This document shows, one piece after another, positions 58,301 to 64,000 of a stretch of DNA of 64,000 nt. A program made the position numbers and the translations under genes. This DNA comes from Ostrea edulis. Lineage: Eukaryota. The notes beneath the pieces were generated by a model. The model had not been told where the DNA came from, searched no databases, and worked only from the letters and a program-made list of their open reading frames with translations. Numbering within the stretch: position 1 is the stretch's first letter; each line of letters starts with the position of its first letter. The stretch is from the NCBI RefSeq assembly GCF_947568905.1, contig NC_079168.1, positions 40,486,001 through 40,550,000 of the forward strand. The letters are read 5' to 3'.

Positions 58301-61162
58301 TTTTATTTGGTGTATAAAGATTTTGAGAATCATTTCTTTGTTATCAATGTTTTATAAATCTGTATTTTCACCAAAAATATATATATCTATATATTCATGA
58401 ATAACAAAGTAAAATTGCTAGAAATCTATGGTATGTTGGACATTTACAATTTAGACAGGTTTTGCCAACATGACAAACACTTTTCCACAACTCTGGAATT
58501 TGATAACTTGTTAAGAATAGATACATTTAGTAATTGTGTTTGTTTTTTATTAGGAATATTTGGAAGCGGGTGCAGACTTTGTGGAGACTAACACATTCAG
58601 CGGGACCAGGATTGCTCAGGCTGATTATGGAACTGAACACCTGGTAATTAATCATTTTGAAACTCAAAGGTACATGCATGTGTTAGTTCTAGGAATTTGA
58701 ATATTGCCCACATTGATTTCTCTCTTTCTTTATATTTCAGACTTACAGATTAAATTTTCAGGCAGCTAAAATTGCAAAACAAGCTGCAGAGGAGGTGGCA
58801 AGTAAAACAGGTAAATGCATCACACCTGTGTAATTCCTTACAAGTAAACATGTCACACCTGTGTGATTCCTTACAAGTAAACATGTCACACCTGTGTAAT
58901 TCCTTACAAGTAAACATGTCACACCTGTGTAATTCCTTACAAGTAAACATGTTACACCTGTGTGATTCCTTACAGGTAAACCTGTTACACCTGTGTGATT
59001 CCGTACAGGTAAACCTGTTACACCTGTGTGATTTCTTACAGGTAAACATGTTACACCTGATGTGTGTGATTCCTTACAAGTAAACATGTTACACTTGTGT
59101 AATTCCTTACAAGTAAACATGTTACACCTGTGTAATTCCTTACAAGTAAACATGTTACACCTGTGTAATTCCTTACAAGTAAACATGTTACACCTGTGTG
59201 ATTCTTTACAGGTAAACATGTTACACCTGATGTGTGTAATTCCTTACAAGTAAACATGTTACACCTGTGTGATTACTTACAAGTAAACATGTTACACCTG
59301 TGTGATTCTTTACAGGTAAACATGTTACACCTGTGTGATTCTTTACAGGTAAACATGTTACACCTGTGTAATTCCTTACAAGTAAACATGTTACACCTGT
59401 GTGATTACTTACAAGTAAACATGTTACACCTGATGTGTGTGATTCTTTACAGGTAAACATGTTACACCTGTGTGATTCCTTACAGGTAAACCTGTTACAC
59501 CTGCGTAATTCCTTTCAAAAATGAATTCTGGTAAATGAATTTGTGCTTTGGAAAGGAACTGTTGTTCTAGAACGCATACCAGCTTGTTCAGATCTCAAGC
59601 AAACATTGAAATTTATTTTGTAGGCATTCCAAAATACGTAGCTGGTGCAATGGGACCAACGAATAGGACTCTGTCAATATCCCCCTCTGTCGAGAAGCCG
59701 GAGCTAAGGAACATTAGTAAATATCTATATTTCGAATGTTTTTTTTGGCCTCTGATATCTTTTACAAATTGTAATGATACACATTTCCTCATGAACATGC
59801 TGCAATTGTAAACAATGTGTGTATGAATACAGATTCTCTGAACTACTTTAAAGATATAGTACATCTATTTCAACAGTTGTTGATTCCTAGTAGAATGTGA
59901 AATGAAAAATAAATTTCCTTTTTGAAAATACAGGTAGTTATGAATATAACACTTCATATGTCTGCATACTTTTTATGAAGTGCTAACACATTTCATGAAG
60001 TATGCTGGCATGAAGCGTTGCAGTTCATACCCTCATGTATTTTCAAAAATGAAATTTATTTCTTAAGTGAATATCACATCAGTATTCTCAGTTAATTCTC
60101 AGTTAATGTAGAACAGCTTGTTATGAGCTTCATTTGAATTTCCTCAGCTGCAGATACAAAACTAGAGCAACAATGATTCATATATTTCTACATTCAGTAT
60201 GTATTTGAATCATACTTTTTGATTCAAATTATTTATGTAGATTGTTCACAGAAGATTGAGTAACAAGAGCAAAATTGAAGTTATGCTGTTTATCATTTGT
60301 GAAGTGAATCAGTGGCTCTGACATATTTTTAATGCACTGCAGAAAATCGTAGCAATGCATTTTAATTTCTGTAAATCCTTGCTGCACTTCCAAAAGTTTG
60401 TATCTCATATTAAGGTACTTTTCAGGAGAGACAAAAAAAATTTTATACGATGATTGTTATCAATATAGCTGACACAAGTACATATTTTTAGTACTGTTCC
60501 ATTTAACCTTAAATAAATGTACTTTCAAATTGTTTTAAGTCTAATACATTTCATGAATTCATAAATCATTGTATCTCAAATCAATCTTTAAAACATCTTA
60601 AAAATCTTTTTAATCAATTGAATACATTATTGAAATTAAGAATTCTTGAAACTGACTGTAATAGAATCATGATTTTATGAAGATAGCAAGTAAAACACTT
60701 CAATAAATCGAATAGGCATTGGACGTTTGCTATAATCTTACACATCTAAATCCTTCATTATATTAACAAAGACAGCATGCAATGTTGAAATCTTTCATTT
60801 GTTTCATAAAGCAAAAAATATGTTTTTGATAACCTTTATTTCCAGTGACCTTCATCCTTATGTAAGGTTGTTTTTTGTTTGTGACATACAAGATTTTGGA
60901 AGTCATATAACTAATTAATATATATGAGGCTTTGTCAAATGCATAAATTTTAGACCTTTCTGATTAGTATACATGTACAAAGTTTTGAGGGTATATACAG
61001 ATACTAAATTATTCTGGAAATAAGTGCATCCTGCATAGATTTCAGCATACGATCTGCTGGAAGTGGAGCGATGTTATGTTGAATTGTAAAAGAAAAACTT
61101 TTGGTTGGTTGGTTGTATATTGTTTAACGTCCCTATTGAGAATCCTTCACTCATATGGAGAT

Positions 61163-61194
<32 letters not shown>

Positions 61195-63792
61195 TGGCCT
61201 ATAAGTAGAGAGGGATCTTTATTGTGCCACACCTGCTGTGACACGGGGTCTTGGTTTTTGTGGTCTCATCCAAAGGACCACCCCATTTAGTCACCTCTTA
61301 CAACAAGCAAGGGGTACTGAGGACCTATTATAACCCGGATCTCCATGGGATCAAAACGATTGGAGTCAAGGAATGAAACTATTATTGATCAGATGTAATG
61401 TGATAAGTTATTTTCTTGTTTGTATTAGATATATGCAGTAAAATTAGTTTAGGACGTAGCTGGTTGTAACAGATCTCTGAATGTAACATAGAATTTATTT
61501 AGTCCTGACAACTGAAAGATATTACTGCCTTTATAAAGTACAATTTTGAATGGTCCCCAGGGCTGTGTTGTAACAGATTTCACTGTATCACCGTTCGTGG
61601 TACTCACTGTTAAATTCTTCCTATGACAGCTTTTGATGAACTCGTGGAGGCTTACACAGAACAAGCTAAGGGATTGATTGAGGGAGGGGCAGACGTTCTC
61701 CTGGTGGAAACAATTTTTGACACTGCTAATTCTAAGGCAGCTTTGTTTGCGATCGAGGAATTTTTTCTGAAAGAGAATTTTACGTGCCCCGTGTTTGTGT
61801 CCGGAACCATTGTAGACAAGAGTGGGAGAACTCTCTCAGGACAAACTACAGAAGCTTTTCTCATCAGTGTGTCACATGCAAATCCAATGTGGTATGTACA
61901 ATTCAGTATTTTATTGTGGAAAATGCTATCATATATTATACTGAAGTGCTCTATCATATTGTCTCGGAAATATATAGTGAGTGTTAGATTCCATGTTCTA
62001 GCTTGATTAAAATTCCCTCTAAATATTAAACTTTGATACATAGATCACATCTACATTTAAGCAGTCCAGAAGTACATAATGCACATTTTCTTTGTGATAG
62101 TAAACAGCTCATGGTCTATTTTCCTTCCTTTCTTTACAGTATTGGATTGAATTGTGCATTAGGTGCTAATGAAATGCGACCATTCATGGAAGCCGTGAGC
62201 AAAAATACCACAGCATACACAATTTGTTATCCAAATGCAGGTTCAGAATCTTTTTTATTTCCAACAACTGTTATAAACCTGTACATTTGTCCTATGACAT
62301 GGGTTAACTGAAATAAACCTGTACGTTTTTCATGTGACGTGGGTTAATTGAAATAAACCTGTACGTTTTTCATGTGACATGGGTGAATTGAAATAAAAAA
62401 ATTTCCTGTTGCAGGTTTACCAAATACTTTTGGAGATTATGATGAAACACCAGAAAGCATGTGTGAACAACTCTCAGTAATGCAATAATGTTCATTAATG
62501 ATTAACATCAATTAAGGAGACTACATTTTCTGTAAAATCATCAAGTTTATGTAAAATTTGGATCCAGTAGATTTGGAATTTCACCTACAAATCTTGTTTA
62601 TGTTTCAGGGCTTTGCTCGGGATGGTATGTTAAACATTGTGGGTGGATGCTGCGGGACCACACCTGAGCACATCAGGTAAAGAAATTTACACAACCCTGC
62701 TACTTTCATTTTCAAGCAGGTGCTTGACATTTCAATCTACCTCTCATCTGATACGGTGGACATATCGTTTAAATAGAATTTTTAGCGAGGATTTAAATTT
62801 GGAATTATTAGCAACAGTGTTGAGGTTGCCAAAATTGAATGTTGCTAACAATTTATTCCATATCGGAGGTAATGGTGATCTTTCTTGGAATTATAAAGTT
62901 GCTAAAATTAGCTTTCACTAAATATATATACCCATAATTTTTTTACAATCTCTAAATTTGTGTCTCGCTAAAAATACCACTAATACGGTAACAGAAAGGA
63001 AAAGAAAGTGGGTCATTAAGAGCGAAATATTACAGGAATAAAATGTAGCAAGGTATTTAATTATGTCACATTTTATGTAATGCATTGTAACACCTAATCC
63101 CAGGGAAGTAATTTTCTTTCTACAAAAGTCATGAAACTTTAAATGGAAATATTTATTCTCTTGAAAAGTTTCCTGTTGAGCAGGAAAAACAAATTTTCAA
63201 AAATTAGTTCTAACAGTGTAATAGAAAGTAGAACCTGTGATGATATGTCCATATAAGGACTAGAAGTCAATGTTCTAATTGGTGTAGCTATCAGTTCACA
63301 TGATTAAATGGGATTCAAAGATATTAATAAACGTATAAGCAGAGGATTTTATTTTCAGAGAAGGGATTCCTTATGGAAAAATGCACATTTTATGTGTTTT
63401 GAATTTTTTGACCAAGGTGTAACACATATGCAAAACTACCTCTGAAATACTGTATAATTTTTGCATGTATGTGTTCAGAGGAAAATTTCATCTATAAGAA
63501 GTAAGAATTTGGAAACTTTTTTCTGTTCTGTTACACAAGCATGCTGTCTATCATCAGAATTGTATAAAAGTAGGGAGGGGGGGGGGGGGATTGAGATGAG
63601 TTAGTAATTGCATTCCTTATGGATCCTGCAGAAATCATATCTTTCTTTTAACCTGTGATTTTGTATATGATATTTTAGAGTTATCCCCCTTCATAAGATT
63701 TGTTATTTTCAGAGCAATAGCTGAGGGAGTTTCTCAGTACAAACCAAGAGTTCCACCTGATGAACTGAGGAGAGACTTCATGATGCTCTCAG
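55322..63792 (+). CDS. MTR: Cobalamin-dependent methionine synthase, 3'-partial; exons 55322-55364, 55605-55801, 58554-58643, 58741-58810, 59624-59716, 61630-61891, 62140-62240, 62415-62476, 62609-62676, 63713-63792
   Basis: In-frame GT-AG exons give the homocysteine-binding domain motifs [97 protein letters not shown] and [12 protein letters not shown]. The start codon and exon 1 are the least certain part. Confidence 0.96.
56700..56878 (+). repeat. 19/14-bp minisatellite (cacactttaatgtcgtcct) in MTR intron 2
   Basis: Directly visible tandem units. Confidence 0.9.
57087..57407. mobile_element. PIF/Harbinger-type MITE, TIR GGCCAAGTAAAATTAATTAGTAGATTATC, TTA TSD; decayed copy at 57732-58041
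   Basis: Long perfect TIR, with TTA on both flanks. Confidence 0.8.
58806..59510 (+). repeat. 33-bp minisatellite (~21 copies) starting at the MTR exon 4 donor
   Basis: cacctgtgt(a/g)attccttaca(a/g)gtaaacatgtta; explains the 11-aa-periodic spurious ORFs. Confidence 0.95.
61100..61352 (-). mobile_element. Same SINE-like repeat, copy 4 (MTR intron 5)
   Basis: Reverse-complement homology to the other copies. Confidence 0.75.
62273..62398 (+). repeat. 40-bp tandem repeat filling most of MTR intron 7
   Basis: ataaacctgtac at 62273, 62313 and 62353. Confidence 0.85.
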
Positions 63793-63968
63793 GTAAATCT
63801 ACAATACTTATACCATAATCACTACACATTGATTACACATTAATTATACCAGGAGAGACTTCATGATGCTCTCAGGGAAATCTACAATACTTATACCATA
63901 ATCACTACACATTGATTACACATTAATTATACCAGGAGAGACTTCATGATGCTCTCAGGTAAATCTAC
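63768..63968 (+). repeat. 83-bp tandem duplication spanning the MTR exon 10 donor
   Basis: aggagagacttcatgatgctctcag at 63768, 63851 and 63934. Confidence 0.95.
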
Positions 63969-64000
63969 ATCATATTTAATCAGAAGCTTGCTCTCAAGTA

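Noticed and set aside
58750-59460. Multiple ORFs with 11-aa periodicity ([22 protein letters not shown])
   Set aside because: They are translations of the 33-bp intronic minisatellite, not proteins.

Overview
AT-rich, repeat-dense eukaryotic genomic DNA with spliced genes and two N gaps. The gene content and repeat families suggest a bivalve, probably a true oyster; this is inferred from memory of repeats, not from a search. Hand-spliced genes: a cluster of three NPC2/ML-domain paralogues (A: last two exons only, +, 29-6521; B: complete, +, 10725-13246; C: complete, -, 19838-24805), a complete syntaxin-5 (-, 44432-53679), and the first 10 coding exons of cobalamin-dependent methionine synthase MTR (+, 55322-63792), head-to-head with STX5. 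Mobile DNA: an apparently intact Tc1 (DD34E) in NPC2-C intron 1; decayed mariner and Harbinger transposases; a young 5'-truncated non-LTR RT; Penelope-like RT fragments; V-domain SINE-like copies; Helentron-like elements; and many MITEs with readable TSDs (3, 5, 6, 7, 9 and 10 bp). The most notable non-coding signal is four copies of a ~340-bp repeat at 35.8-40.2 kb. Each carries a minimal type I hammerhead ribozyme fold with a palindromic stem III, stem I covaries between copies, and one copy is circularly permuted, i.e. a retrozyme-like element. Also notable: an NPC2 paralogue lacking one cysteine pair, a two-start STX5 with an overlapping uORF, and tandem duplications that copy splice donors.
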